Source: Pseudomonadota bacterium
GTDB taxonomy: Bacteria > Pseudomonadota > Alphaproteobacteria > Paracaedibacterales > CAIOTO01
Assembly: GCA_040389165.1 (NCBI GenBank)
Contig: JAZKAK010000048.1
Coordinates: 4,022-68,021 of the forward strand
Reading direction: 5' to 3'
DNA: 64,000 nucleotides
The first letter of the stretch is position 1. The number at the start of each line of letters is the position of its first letter. The position numbers were made by a program, and so were the translations under genes. The notes under the pieces were generated by a model that ran no database searches, was not told the origin of the DNA, and saw nothing but the letters and a program-made list of their open reading frames with translations. Of this stretch, positions 47,375 to 57,300 are shown one piece after another.

Positions 47375-47887
47375 TTTTTTTAGCGTGACGGCCAATGTGT
47401 TTAGGCCAGAGAGCGATTCTGATAATTAAGTAAATTGTATTACAGTGAAATAGGGAGAGTAAGCTTTTGATGTTCTTTTTACTAACTCCCCTCAATACAT
47501 CATTTTTCTGCATATAAACACTCTCAAAAGATACATTTTTCCCTAAAGTTATCCACAATTTTTTTTCTTATTTTTTTACGTTATATGCTTGACACAAGGA
47601 TAACTGCCAGTTGCATTTTGTGTTAAAAATTCAATAAAACTGCGGGTTCTTTTGCGTGATTAAAAATTAATCACCCTCTATGGAACTGAATGAATTAGCC
47701 ATTATTAACACTTTATTTACAGGTTATACACAGACTTATCCACAGGTTTTGGGGATAACTTTTCGGCAAAATAAAAGTTCAGAATCATTTGATTTATGGC
47801 CAGAAAAATAGCACTATAAACATGCGCTCTTGCTATAATGTTCTTGCAAAACCGTGAAAAACTTGATAAACATTCTATAGTGAAAAT
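47375..47887. other. AT-rich non-coding region with DnaA-box cluster (candidate oriC or DnaA-regulated region)
   Basis: Perfect TTATCCACA at 47549-47557 and 47736-47744. TTATACACA at 47724-47732. Inverted TGGGGATAA at 47750-47758 (1 mismatch to TGTGGATAA). T/A-rich stretch at 47558-47590. Confidence 0.45.
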
Positions 47888-47962
47888 GGTCACATAGCTC
47901 AGCGGTAGAGCACTACATTGACATTGTAGTGGTCACAGGTTCAATCCCTGTTGTGACCACCA
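47888..47962 (+). tRNA. tRNA-Val (anticodon GAC), CCA encoded
   Basis: Hand fold: acceptor GGTCACA/TGTGACC, D-arm GCTC-AGCGGTA-GAGC, anticodon arm CTACA-TTGACAT-TGTAG, T-arm ACAGG-TTCAATC-CCTGT, then ACCA. Confidence 0.93.
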
Positions 47963-48017
47963 TTTTTCCCTCTTCTTTGTGTGCGATACACGTAAATTCT
48001 AAGAGTTAGGTTTTCAT

Positions 48018-49001
48018 GTGAAAAGTAGAGCTCTCTTATTTTTTTCTATTCTGAATATCTTCTTTATCCTATCTTCTTATGCGGCGAATGCGTCGAAAGC
48101 CCCTGCATCACTTCTCCCTTTAATTACAGTTGAAGTTCCCCCCTATTCTAATAGCGCTGAAATAGCACGGCGCCTTGTTAATGCGGGCGTGCTCACCCAT
48201 CCTTGGAAATTTCTATTGGGTATTTCTCTGAGCCATAAAAAAGCGTTCGCGCCTGGTACATATACATTTAAATCGGGCATGGATATTATCGATATTATTG
48301 ACGTGCTTAAAAAGGCGCCTGTATATAAAGTTACAATTCCTGAAGGTTTAACTGTTGCTGAGATTGTGCGTTATCTAAATGAACAATCTTTTTTAACCGG
48401 CGGAATATTTCTGTTGCCGTCTGAGGGTATGCTGTTACCTGAAACGTATGTTGTGCGTTATGGCGATAAGCGCGAGGTCGTGCTGAAGCGGATTGAATTA
48501 TCAATGAAAACAACAGTGAAGACATTATGGGAAAGTTCTGCTGCGAGTAAAGCACGAACTGCAGAGATGGGGATAAAATCAGAGTTGGAATTATTAACAT
48601 TGGCGTCTATTGTGGAAAAAGAAACAGGCATAGCTGCTGAACGTGCGCATATCGCAGGTGTGTTTCTGAATCGTTTGGCACAAAAGATGCGTTTGCAATC
48701 AGATCCAACTGTTTCATATGCCGTTACGAATGGTAAACAACCATTGGGGCGTCAGTTGCGTAAACGTGATTTGGCTGAGCAATCGCCAATGAATACGTAT
48801 ACGACCTCTGGCTTGCCTCCACAGCCTATTGCTTGTCCTGGAAAGGCTGCGTTGTTGGCTGTATTAGCACCCGATACAACCAAGGATCTTTACTTCGTCG
48901 CTAACGGTGTCGGTGGGCATCGTTTTAGTGAGACGCTTGATGGCCACAATAAGAATGTCACCCACTGGCGTCGCGCACAACGAAGTGCTGATGACGAGTA
49001 A
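48018..49001 (+). CDS. mltG: endolytic murein transglycosylase MltG (YceG-like)
   Basis: VTIPEGLTVAEI, LASIVEKETG, VFLNRL...MRLQSDPTVSY and NTYTTSGLPPQPIACPG blocks are typical of YceG/MltG. GTG start. Confidence 0.9.
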   Translation: MKSRALLFFSILNIFFILSSYAANASKAPASLLPLITVEVPPYSNSAEIARRLVNAGVLTHPWKFLLGISLSHKKAFAPGTYTFKSGMDIIDIIDVLKKAPVYKVTIPEGLTVAEIVRYLNEQSFLTGGIFLLPSEGMLLPETYVVRYGDKREVVLKRIELSMKTTVKTLWESSAASKARTAEMGIKSELELLTLASIVEKETGIAAERAHIAGVFLNRLAQKMRLQSDPTVSYAVTNGKQPLGRQLRKRDLAEQSPMNTYTTSGLPPQPIACPGKAALLAVLAPDTTKDLYFVANGVGGHRFSETLDGHNKNVTHWRRAQRSADDE

Positions 49002-49021
49002 AGCTTAATCAAGGTGAAATT

Positions 49022-50068
49022 ATGTCAAAAATTGCAGTTGTTCTGTTTAATTTGGGTGGACCAGATACCCTGGCGGCTGTAAGACCGTTCCTGTTTAATT
49101 TATTCAATGATCCAGCAATTTTGCGTATGCCTAAGGTGCTGCGTTACCTGCTTGCAAAATTAATATCAGGCTTGCGTGCCAATAAAGCACGTGGCATTTA
49201 TGCGCGTATGGGCGGTGGATCGCCATTGCTTCCTAATACGGTGGCGCAAGCGAAGGCACTAGGGGCAGCCCTAATCGCTGAAGGGATGGACGCACGCGTA
49301 TTTGTTTGTATGCGTTACTGGCACCCCATGTCGGCTGAAGTTGTGCAGGAGGTATTTGATTTTGCACCTGATGAGATTGTTCTTTTGCCTTTATATCCGC
49401 AGTTTTCGACAACAACAACAGGATCGTCTATTGATGATTGGAACAAAGCATGGCAAACAGCAGGGCTGTCTTCTATTCCAACGCACAGTATTGGTTGTTA
49501 TCCAACCGATACCAATTTAGTTGCTGCATTTGCTGATTTATCAATGCCTCTTATTAATGAAGCCTTGGCGCATGTTCGGCCCATGATCTTATTATCAGCA
49601 CATGGTTTGCCGCAGTCGATTGTTGATGCGGGTGATCCATATCAGTGTCAGGTCGAACAGACAGCAATGCACATCGAACGCGAATTAAGAGTGCGTTTTG
49701 GCGATGTATTCGATACCACTATTTGTTATCAAAGTCGTGTTGGCCCAAAAAAATGGATTGAGCCATCAACGGACACTGTGATTAAAGGGGCTGCTGCGCA
49801 AAAGCGTCCTATTATTGTAGTGCCTGTAGCCTTTGTATCTGATCATTCGGAAACACTTGTTGAGCTTGATCAGGATTATCGTGACTTAGCATTGGCTAAT
49901 GGAGCATCTTTTTATGGCCGCGTGCCAAGTCTGGCCTGTCACCCATTATTTATAAAGGCATTAATCTTACGTATTCAAAAGGCGCTTAGGAAAGATAAGT
50001 GTGAAAATCTATGTAAAGATGATATGATCTGTTTTTGTAAAAATGTTTTAGAATCGTCTTCTCGATAA
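49022..50068 (+). CDS. hemH: ferrochelatase
   Basis: VLFNLGGPD, LPLYPQFSTTTTGS, SAHGLP, SDHSETLVELD. The C-terminal extension has 4 Cys (CENLCKDDMICFC), possibly a cluster-binding tail. Confidence 0.93.
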   Translation: MSKIAVVLFNLGGPDTLAAVRPFLFNLFNDPAILRMPKVLRYLLAKLISGLRANKARGIYARMGGGSPLLPNTVAQAKALGAALIAEGMDARVFVCMRYWHPMSAEVVQEVFDFAPDEIVLLPLYPQFSTTTTGSSIDDWNKAWQTAGLSSIPTHSIGCYPTDTNLVAAFADLSMPLINEALAHVRPMILLSAHGLPQSIVDAGDPYQCQVEQTAMHIERELRVRFGDVFDTTICYQSRVGPKKWIEPSTDTVIKGAAAQKRPIIVVPVAFVSDHSETLVELDQDYRDLALANGASFYGRVPSLACHPLFIKALILRIQKALRKDKCENLCKDDMICFCKNVLESSSR

Positions 50069-50091
50069 TAGAATATAAAAGATAATAAAAA

Positions 50092-51099
50092 GTGGGTATT
50101 CAAGTGGTTACTAATGCGTCGAAGAATGAAATGAATCAAACAATTGCTCAAAAGGGACATGATGTTCTTATACATGAGGCGAAGGGACTTTATGCGTTAG
50201 CCGAATCGCTTGGTACCGCGTTTGAATTAGCCGTCACGACGATTGCAGACACAAAAGGTAGGCTTATTGTAAGTGGCGTTGGGAAAAGCGGGCATGTTGG
50301 GCGTAAAATAGCCGCGACGTTTGCATCAACTGGGCAGCCCGCATTCTTTGTTCACGCGGCAGAAGCCGGACACGGTGACTTAGGTATGATTACAAAAGAT
50401 GACACATTGTTGCTTATCTCATATTCAGGCGAGGCGAACGAGTTGCATGCACTCTTTCATTATGCGCATCGCTTGCAATTACCTATTATTTCAATTACAT
50501 CGAAAAGCGCATCCTTGTTAGCAACGCATTCAAATATCACGTTGGTATTACCCGATGTTGGAGAGGCGTGTCCAATGGGACTTGCGCCCACGACGTCAAC
50601 AACCCTTACGATGGCGTTGGGTGATGCTCTGGCAGTAGCCTTGTTGTCGATGCGTGGATTTACAAAACAAGATTTCAATACCTTTCATCCGGGTGGGAAT
50701 CTGGGGCATCAGCTACGATCAATCAAAGATTTTATGCATCACGGAGAGCGTGTGCCTTTAGCGCCGTCTGACACGCCAATGACGGAATGTTTAATGCGTA
50801 TGTCTGCCTCGGGCTTTGGCTGTGTCGGAATTGTAGGTGATAATAAGTGCCTTGTTGGGATTATCACTGATGGAGATTTGCGTCGTCATATGAGTGACAA
50901 TTTACTTAGCTTAAAAGCAATTGATGTCATGACTAAGAGCCCAGCTACTATTGCCCCGGAAGCATTGATGGGCGATGCGCTTGCATTATTTGAGAAAAAA
51001 TCAATCACAAACGTCTTTGTCGTCGATCAAAGTTGTGCTAAAGATAACGTGCTTGGGATCTTGCATTTGCATGATTGTTTGCGTGGAAAAATAATTTAA
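50092..51099 (+). CDS. kpsF: arabinose-5-phosphate isomerase (KpsF/GutQ family; SIS + tandem CBS)
   Basis: SIS block GVGKSGHVGRKIAATFASTGQPAFFVH and a C-terminal CBS pair. The exact start is uncertain. Confidence 0.9.
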   Translation: MGIQVVTNASKNEMNQTIAQKGHDVLIHEAKGLYALAESLGTAFELAVTTIADTKGRLIVSGVGKSGHVGRKIAATFASTGQPAFFVHAAEAGHGDLGMITKDDTLLLISYSGEANELHALFHYAHRLQLPIISITSKSASLLATHSNITLVLPDVGEACPMGLAPTTSTTLTMALGDALAVALLSMRGFTKQDFNTFHPGGNLGHQLRSIKDFMHHGERVPLAPSDTPMTECLMRMSASGFGCVGIVGDNKCLVGIITDGDLRRHMSDNLLSLKAIDVMTKSPATIAPEALMGDALALFEKKSITNVFVVDQSCAKDNVLGILHLHDCLRGKII

Positions 51100-51130
51100 A
51101 AAACAAAACATTAAAGAATGGAGAATAATA

Positions 51131-51862
51131 ATGATTAAAACGTTTAAAAGATTACTATGCGCTGTTGCCGTGCTGACGACAAATACATGGGCGGCTGAAT
51201 TTATTGCTGTAGCTCCAGAGGTGCTTACAGTTAATTTCCAACAAGGAAACTTTGTACATGCATCTGTAACGGCAGAAGATAAAGCTGAGTTTGAAATACT
51301 TAGAGAAGCACATAACACTCAGCATGATGCATTGGTGCGTGTGCCATGCGTAGCAGATGTCTTTGACAATCAAATTGCACGTCGTAATAGTGGAAATGCA
51401 TGGCATGCCTTAACTGTGCGCGATGCTGAGTCAAACGAGATGGTAGCTGCACTTATATTTGGACGACTTCCAGCCATTGGTTATAACCCAGAAGACCATG
51501 CAGGAATTCAAGCCTTTATCCGCAGTCTAAATATTACGGGTGAAGATAATGCACGAATTGCTAATCGTGGTTTGGCAACGTATAGCTTAATGACTAATAT
51601 GGATAGAATGACGGCTTATCTTACTGAATTTCATCAGAATGCATTTGCTCACTGTTGCAGGCTAGTTGATGAAGCACGTCCTTTGCCGATTGAAAGAACA
51701 ATCCCGACACATGTGGCATTATTAGTTCGTTCAGATGCACCTGATGCCGAAGCAATGGCAGCTGCTAGATATGCGTTATATGAGCATGAAGGTGATTTCA
51801 ATCTTTCAGAATTTTATCCGCCAAAAGCTACCTATGCATGGGTTCAAGCAATTCCACAATAA
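51131..51862 (+). CDS. hypothetical secreted protein (orphan)
   Basis: Signal peptide MIKTFKRLLCAVAVLTTNTWA|AE. GGAG RBS-like sequence upstream. No domain recognised. Confidence 0.45.
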   Translation: MIKTFKRLLCAVAVLTTNTWAAEFIAVAPEVLTVNFQQGNFVHASVTAEDKAEFEILREAHNTQHDALVRVPCVADVFDNQIARRNSGNAWHALTVRDAESNEMVAALIFGRLPAIGYNPEDHAGIQAFIRSLNITGEDNARIANRGLATYSLMTNMDRMTAYLTEFHQNAFAHCCRLVDEARPLPIERTIPTHVALLVRSDAPDAEAMAAARYALYEHEGDFNLSEFYPPKATYAWVQAIPQ

Positions 51863-51899
51863 GTACAAAACGCTTAGCGCCTAGCTAATGCTATCTTTT

Positions 51900-51941
51900 A
51901 AAGCAGCATCCTGGAAATTTCAGAATGCTGCTTTTTTATTT
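51900..51941 (+). terminator. intrinsic terminator
   Basis: AAGCAGCAT-cctggaaatttcaga-ATGCTGCTT followed by TTTTTATTTT. Confidence 0.8.
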
Positions 51942-52056
51942 TAATGGCTCATGCGCTGTATTGTTTTTTTAAACAATAGTGTTAACCTATCATTAATCAT
52001 TTTATATTAAAATAAACATACAGATACTTTATTTTAAAACAAATAGGGGTTGTGTG

Positions 52057-53241
52057 ATGAATAAATATTCAAAGAGTCTTTGTGGCGGAACACTTTCTTT
52101 GCTTGTTGCTCACGAGGTTTGTTTCGCATCAGAGCTGCCTGATGATCAAAGGGCAGCTTCACTTAGTCACGTTGTGAATCATGTGCATTTCTCGCAGACA
52201 CCTGATGATTCGCAACAAAATACGATGTATGCAAACCAAAGCACTTATTATCCGGCTGTTCATCAAATTAATAAGCAGCTTCATGATGACTATGGTGTTA
52301 TGAACCCTAATATTCAGCTTGCCCCTGCAACGTATGAAGAAATATCACATATATCGATGCTCTATGAGTCAAGCCCAAAGGATTTCTTCTATAACAGTCA
52401 AAAAAATCAGGTAAGACTCGTCTGGAAAACGGATAAAGCTTCTAGTTTGCTTTGGCCAAAGAAAAAAACATTTGCTCTTCAAGAATCCGATGATAACCTA
52501 ACGATAGCTGCTGCTGAGTTGACGCCAACGACTGTGAATTCAAGCATTGCTCCTTCCGTGAATTCACGCGTTCCAGTCGTCATTGACATAATCAATAGAA
52601 AGCTGCGTGATTTATATGGACGAATCAATCCTAATATTCAACTTTCTCTTGTGACATATAATGAAATATCACATATTTCAATGCAATATGAATCAGGTCC
52701 AGAAGATATCTTGTATAATAGGCAGAAAAACCAGGTGCGATTTATATGGAAAAACCGCAACTATTGCAGCATATTTAGATTAAAGCGAAAGACCTTTGAT
52801 CTGGCAAGAGTCATCATTGTTAAGCCAGCAGTGTCAGACACTACAGTTGCCATGCATCCGGTTGTAGAAAAAGAAAAACACGTAACTTTTAATATAGATG
52901 CTAACAGGCAATATCCTGTCGTCGACTACACACATATATCTAATGTGCAACAAAGACCTATCACTCATCCTGCGCACATACACAATGGCCAGATAGTACA
53001 AACCTATCGCTTAACACAATCAGCGGCAGAATTAGTATTTGGTGAATGGTTTAATAGGCTGGAGCCACGCTATAAAGGAAACTATCTTGAAACATCTGAG
53101 TATAATCGATTAATTACTGATCTTAGAAAAAATGGGATAGCAAGTCTAAATGTTTATATAGAACATCCTAATAGTTGGTATCTTTTAGCGATATGGCAAA
53201 ATCATCAGCAACGACTCTATCAACTTTGGGGATTGCGGTGA
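52057..53241 (+). CDS. hypothetical secreted protein with internal ~80-aa tandem duplication
   Basis: Signal-like SLCGGTLSLLVAHEVCFA. Two repeats share NPNIQL..TY.EISHISM.YES.P.D..YN.QKNQVR..WK.....KTF.L. Confidence 0.5.
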   Translation: MNKYSKSLCGGTLSLLVAHEVCFASELPDDQRAASLSHVVNHVHFSQTPDDSQQNTMYANQSTYYPAVHQINKQLHDDYGVMNPNIQLAPATYEEISHISMLYESSPKDFFYNSQKNQVRLVWKTDKASSLLWPKKKTFALQESDDNLTIAAAELTPTTVNSSIAPSVNSRVPVVIDIINRKLRDLYGRINPNIQLSLVTYNEISHISMQYESGPEDILYNRQKNQVRFIWKNRNYCSIFRLKRKTFDLARVIIVKPAVSDTTVAMHPVVEKEKHVTFNIDANRQYPVVDYTHISNVQQRPITHPAHIHNGQIVQTYRLTQSAAELVFGEWFNRLEPRYKGNYLETSEYNRLITDLRKNGIASLNVYIEHPNSWYLLAIWQNHQQRLYQLWGLR

Positions 53242-53279
53242 GTGTTTAGTAAATGAAGATAAAGGGCTGAAATATTCCT

Positions 53280-53374
53280 CTACCCACACACCTGCTGCAG
53301 TGTCGCCTTTTGATTCGGTATCACATCAAACATGCCAGAAAGGGTTGCTTTGATCGTGCCAATGCCTGCAATCG
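53280..53374 (-). repeat. diverged duplicate of the dnaE 3' end (last 30 codons plus stop)
   Basis: By hand alignment, 81 of 95 positions are identical to 54307-54401. The minus-strand translation IAGIGTIKATLSGMFDVIPNQKATLQQVCG* compares with dnaE VAGIGTIKATLAGTFDVTPNQKATLQQVCG*. Confidence 0.85.
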
Positions 53375-53472
53375 AAAATATAATGAAGGTTGTAAATTTT
53401 ATATATACATTTTCTTTTATATATGATATATAAGTTGTATTGATGAATTGTAATTTAATTAGGTATATATTG

Positions 53473-54261
53473 ATGAGTAAAAATTATTTAAACATGGTGC
53501 GCATACTTGCTCTGGGGTGCTCTATCCTATGTATTGCAGCGTGCACAGTATCTGAGCGGGATGTAACTGAAAACTATCTAAGAGAGGCAAATAGTCCGCA
53601 CACTTCGCCAACTATAGGTTTTCAATGTAAGAAAAAATTGTTTTTTCGATATTTAAATGGGCAGTCTGGTCTTTCAGAGATGGAATCCACATTCAGAGCG
53701 CGTCAATTGCAGCACCAGATTAATGAAGAAAGCAAACTTTATCCGTCCGAATATTTTGTTGCACGATTAATGCTTGCCGTTCAGTATGCAAATGAAAGCT
53801 ATGAACGAACAAAAGAAACAATGCACAAAAACGCTCATTTACTCTTTAAAGAATTACTCACTGATAAGACGTTAAACATGGATCAACAAAAGCAAGTTAG
53901 ATCAAAGCTAGCAATGCTTTATATTTTCACAAAAGACAAAAACTTTGTACCTGAAGATGGAAAGAATGTTATTTCTGCCGTGTTGGAACTTGCAAAAGAT
54001 TTCATGGATCATCCTGAATTATCAGGAAAAGATTGGTTTGAAATCAATTATGGCCTTGTGTACATGTATTGTCATTGTACGCGTCTCTCAAATATGAACG
54101 TTGATGAAGGCAGAACTGAAGCTATTCGTATTTGTAATAAGATTCTAAAAGACAATAGAATAACAGATGTGAATAAAAAATTTATTGATGAAGCTCTTAT
54201 AATTCTAAATAAATCAGATTCAAATCCAGAAGAAATTTTTGCATTTAAGCAGAAAGCTTAG
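53473..54261 (+). CDS. hypothetical lipoprotein (orphan)
   Basis: MSKNYLNMVRILALGCSILCIAAC has a lipobox-like IAAC. The helical, K/E-rich remainder is unrecognised. The track ORF starts at 53440. Confidence 0.5.
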   Translation: MSKNYLNMVRILALGCSILCIAACTVSERDVTENYLREANSPHTSPTIGFQCKKKLFFRYLNGQSGLSEMESTFRARQLQHQINEESKLYPSEYFVARLMLAVQYANESYERTKETMHKNAHLLFKELLTDKTLNMDQQKQVRSKLAMLYIFTKDKNFVPEDGKNVISAVLELAKDFMDHPELSGKDWFEINYGLVYMYCHCTRLSNMNVDEGRTEAIRICNKILKDNRITDVNKKFIDEALIILNKSDSNPEEIFAFKQKA

Positions 54262-54290
54262 TGGTGAAAAGTAAAAATGCGATGACTAAA

Positions 54291-54321
54291 CAGGTGTCTG
54301 GGTGTTTTACCCACACACCTG
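54291..54321. terminator. strong hairpin overlapping the dnaE stop codon
   Basis: CAGGTGTCTGGGT-gtttt-ACCCACACACCTG (12 bp plus 1 mismatch). Only a weak T-tract on either strand, so terminator function is uncertain. Confidence 0.4.
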
Positions 54322-57300
54322 CTGCAGCGTCGCCTTTTGATTCGGCGTCACATCGAATGTGCCGGCAAGCGTCGCTTTGATCGTGCCAATTCCGGCAACC
54401 GGTACTAAGAAATGTAACGCCGTCCGACCTTTTTTAAGATTCCTGACAATCTCGGCCAGATGCGGTATATTCGCTTTCGCAGGGTCAATGGGCAATTCAA
54501 GCGAATCAACTTTAGCTTTGTTATCGAGTGGTTCAAGACCTTGGCCAGTGAATCTGAAATTATCATCACCATCCGCTTTCAAGTTTCCTGTTACGTACAC
54601 GGCCTGCCCTGGAATCAGCCTATCGCGCACGGCTGCAAAGGCTTCTGAAAAGAATGCAACTTCAAATACGCCGCTTAAATCAGTCAACGACACGAACGCA
54701 AAGCGATCGCCTTTTTTGGATGTACGTTCTTGTTTCGTTAATATAATCCCAGCAAGCGCGATCGATTGGTTGCTGCTTGTTGCACGTTCAAGCAAATCAC
54801 ACGACTTCACGATGCCCAATTGATCCAGCACATCTTTGTACATGTCCAATGGGTGCGCGCTTAAATAAAAGCCAATGGCATCGAATTCTTTTTGCAAACG
54901 ATCGAGCGGCGTCCATTCCATCACATTTGGCAAAGGCACATCTTTTTCTGTCTCACTTGCCGTATTGCCGAACAGCATCTTTTGCTTACTTGCTTTTTCG
55001 GACCGTATTTGTTGCGCGATGCCAAGCAACGCTTCTAAGCCCTGGTTTAATTGATGGCGATTATCATGTAAACAATCAAACGCACCTGCATTCACCATGT
55101 TTTCAAGTTGCCGCTTATTAATAACACCTGGATCAATACGTGTTGCAAAATCGCGTAATGTTTTGAACGGCCCATTCTTTGTGCGCTCTGCGACAAGTGA
55201 TTCCATGGCCTGTGCGCCTACACCCTTTAACGCAGCCAACGCATATCTGATGCCGTCCTCTTCTACGTTAAAGTTCACGCCCGACGTATTCACACTTGGG
55301 GGCAACAGCGGTATTTCTTGGCGATCAAGATCTTGCCGATACACGTTCAACTTATCTGTATTATGCATATCCAATGTCATGGTCGCTGCAAAGAATTGTA
55401 ATGGATAATTTGCCTTAAGATAGGCTGTCTGATACGCGAGCAATGCGTATGGCGCCGAGTGCGATTTATTGAAACCATACCCCGCAAATTTTGCCATTTG
55501 ATCGAAAATCTGCGATGCGATATTCGGCTTAATACCATTTTTAATGGCGCCCTCAGTGAACAGTGCGCGCTGTGCATCCATTTCGGATTTAATTTTCTTA
55601 CCCATCGCGCGACGTAATAAATCCGCGGCGCCAAGCGTATAGCCGCCCAATACTTGTGCGATCTGCATAACCTGCTCTTGATAGACCATAACGCCATACG
55701 TTGGTTCAAGAATATCTTTCAAAAGTGGATGCAGATACGTAACGGCTTCTTCGCCGTGCTTACATGCTAAATAACGTGGAATGTCATCCATTGGACCAGG
55801 GCGATACAATGCCACAAGGGCAATTAGATCTTCGAATCGGTCAGGCTGCAGGCGGCGCAGCACATCACGCATACCCGCACTTTCTAACTGGAATATACCG
55901 ACAGCCTCAACCCGGCAGAGCAGCGCAAACGTCGCTGGATCATCCAGTGGAATAGCGTGGATACGAAAGTCTTCGCCGGTTAGCGTTCGCACCAGTTGAC
56001 AGCACGACTCAACAACGGTCAGCGTCTTAAGTCCCAAAAAGTCGAATTTTACCAAACCTGCTGTTTCAACATATTTCATATTGAATTGCGTTACGGCGAG
56101 GTCGGACTTCTCATCACGGTACAGCGGCACGAGTTCATCAAGTGGGCGATCACCAATAACAACACCCGCGGCATGGGTAGAGGCATGACGGTAAAGCCCT
56201 TCAAGTTTCATCCCCATGTCCATTAAACGTGCAACCATTTCGTCATCATCTCGCTGTTGTTTTAACAAGGGTTCATGCTCAATTGATTGTGCCAACGTCA
56301 TTGGATTCGCTGGATTATTTGGGATCATCTTACAGATGCGATCGATCTGTCCGTATGGCATTTGCAGCACACGCCCAACGTCACGAATCACGATGCGTGC
56401 TTGTAATTTACCAAACGTTATAATGTGCGCCACACGATCCATACCATATTTTTCGCATACATACCGAATCACCTCGTCACGGCGATCTTGGCAAAAGTCT
56501 ACGTCAAAGTCAGGCATAGAAACACGTTCTGGGTTCAAGAAACGCTCGAACAGCAAATTGAATCGGATAGGATCCATGTCAGTAATCAACAGTGACCATG
56601 CGACAAGTGATCCTGCACCCGATCCACGTCCAGGTCCTACGGGAATGCCTTTATCTTTTGCCCATGTGATAAAATCCGATACGATTAAAAAGTACCCAGG
56701 AAACCCCATTCGCTCAATAATGCCAAGCTCGTACCGCAAGCGCTTAATATATTGCGTGCGGAGTTCTTCATGTTGTTCAGCTGAGAAGCGATTAAAAACC
56801 TCTTCAAGCAAACGCTTTTCAAGACCTGCATGAGATTGATCCCACATCTCTTCTGTTTCACTTCGCCCTGATTCTGTTGGAAAACTTGGTAAGATAGGTT
56901 TGCGTGGAAGGGGTCTATAGTGACAACGACGGGCGATTAGAACCGTGTTTTGAACGGCCTCAGGAAGATCCGAGAATACTTCTTTCATCTCAGCAGCGGA
57001 ACGAAAATAATGACGCGGTGTTTCTGTGCGACGTTGATCTTGCTCGACATAGGTGCCAGCCGCAATACAGAGCAGCGCATCGTGTGCATTGTACATATCG
57101 GGGGTATCAAAAAATACGTTATTTGTCGCGACAAGAGGGATATCAAACCGGATTGCAAGGTCAAGGAAGTCAGGTTCCAGCTGCTGTTGAAGAGGAATGC
57201 CGTGACGTTGCAATTCCATATACAAACGGTTCGGAAATAGATCGAGCAACGTTTTCGTAAACGTCTCAGCATATTCTTTGCGCAAATCTTCCGTTCCAAG

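Noticed and set aside
47310-47558. 82-aa minus-strand ORF in the recJ-tRNA-Val gap
   Set aside because: It overlaps the recJ 3' end and the AT-rich DnaA-box region and has no RBS or motif. It is likely non-coding.
47375-47887. CtrA-binding sites (TTAA-N7-TTAA) in the candidate origin
   Set aside because: There are only imperfect versions (for example TTAACACTTTATTTA and TTAAAAATTCAATAA, each with a degenerate second half-site). This is not strong enough to call.
54359-57299. Many ORFs on both strands within dnaE (for example 54359-54823 and 56216-56833)
   Set aside because: These are shadow or alternative frames of a 1154-aa gene that is intact and clearly DnaE.
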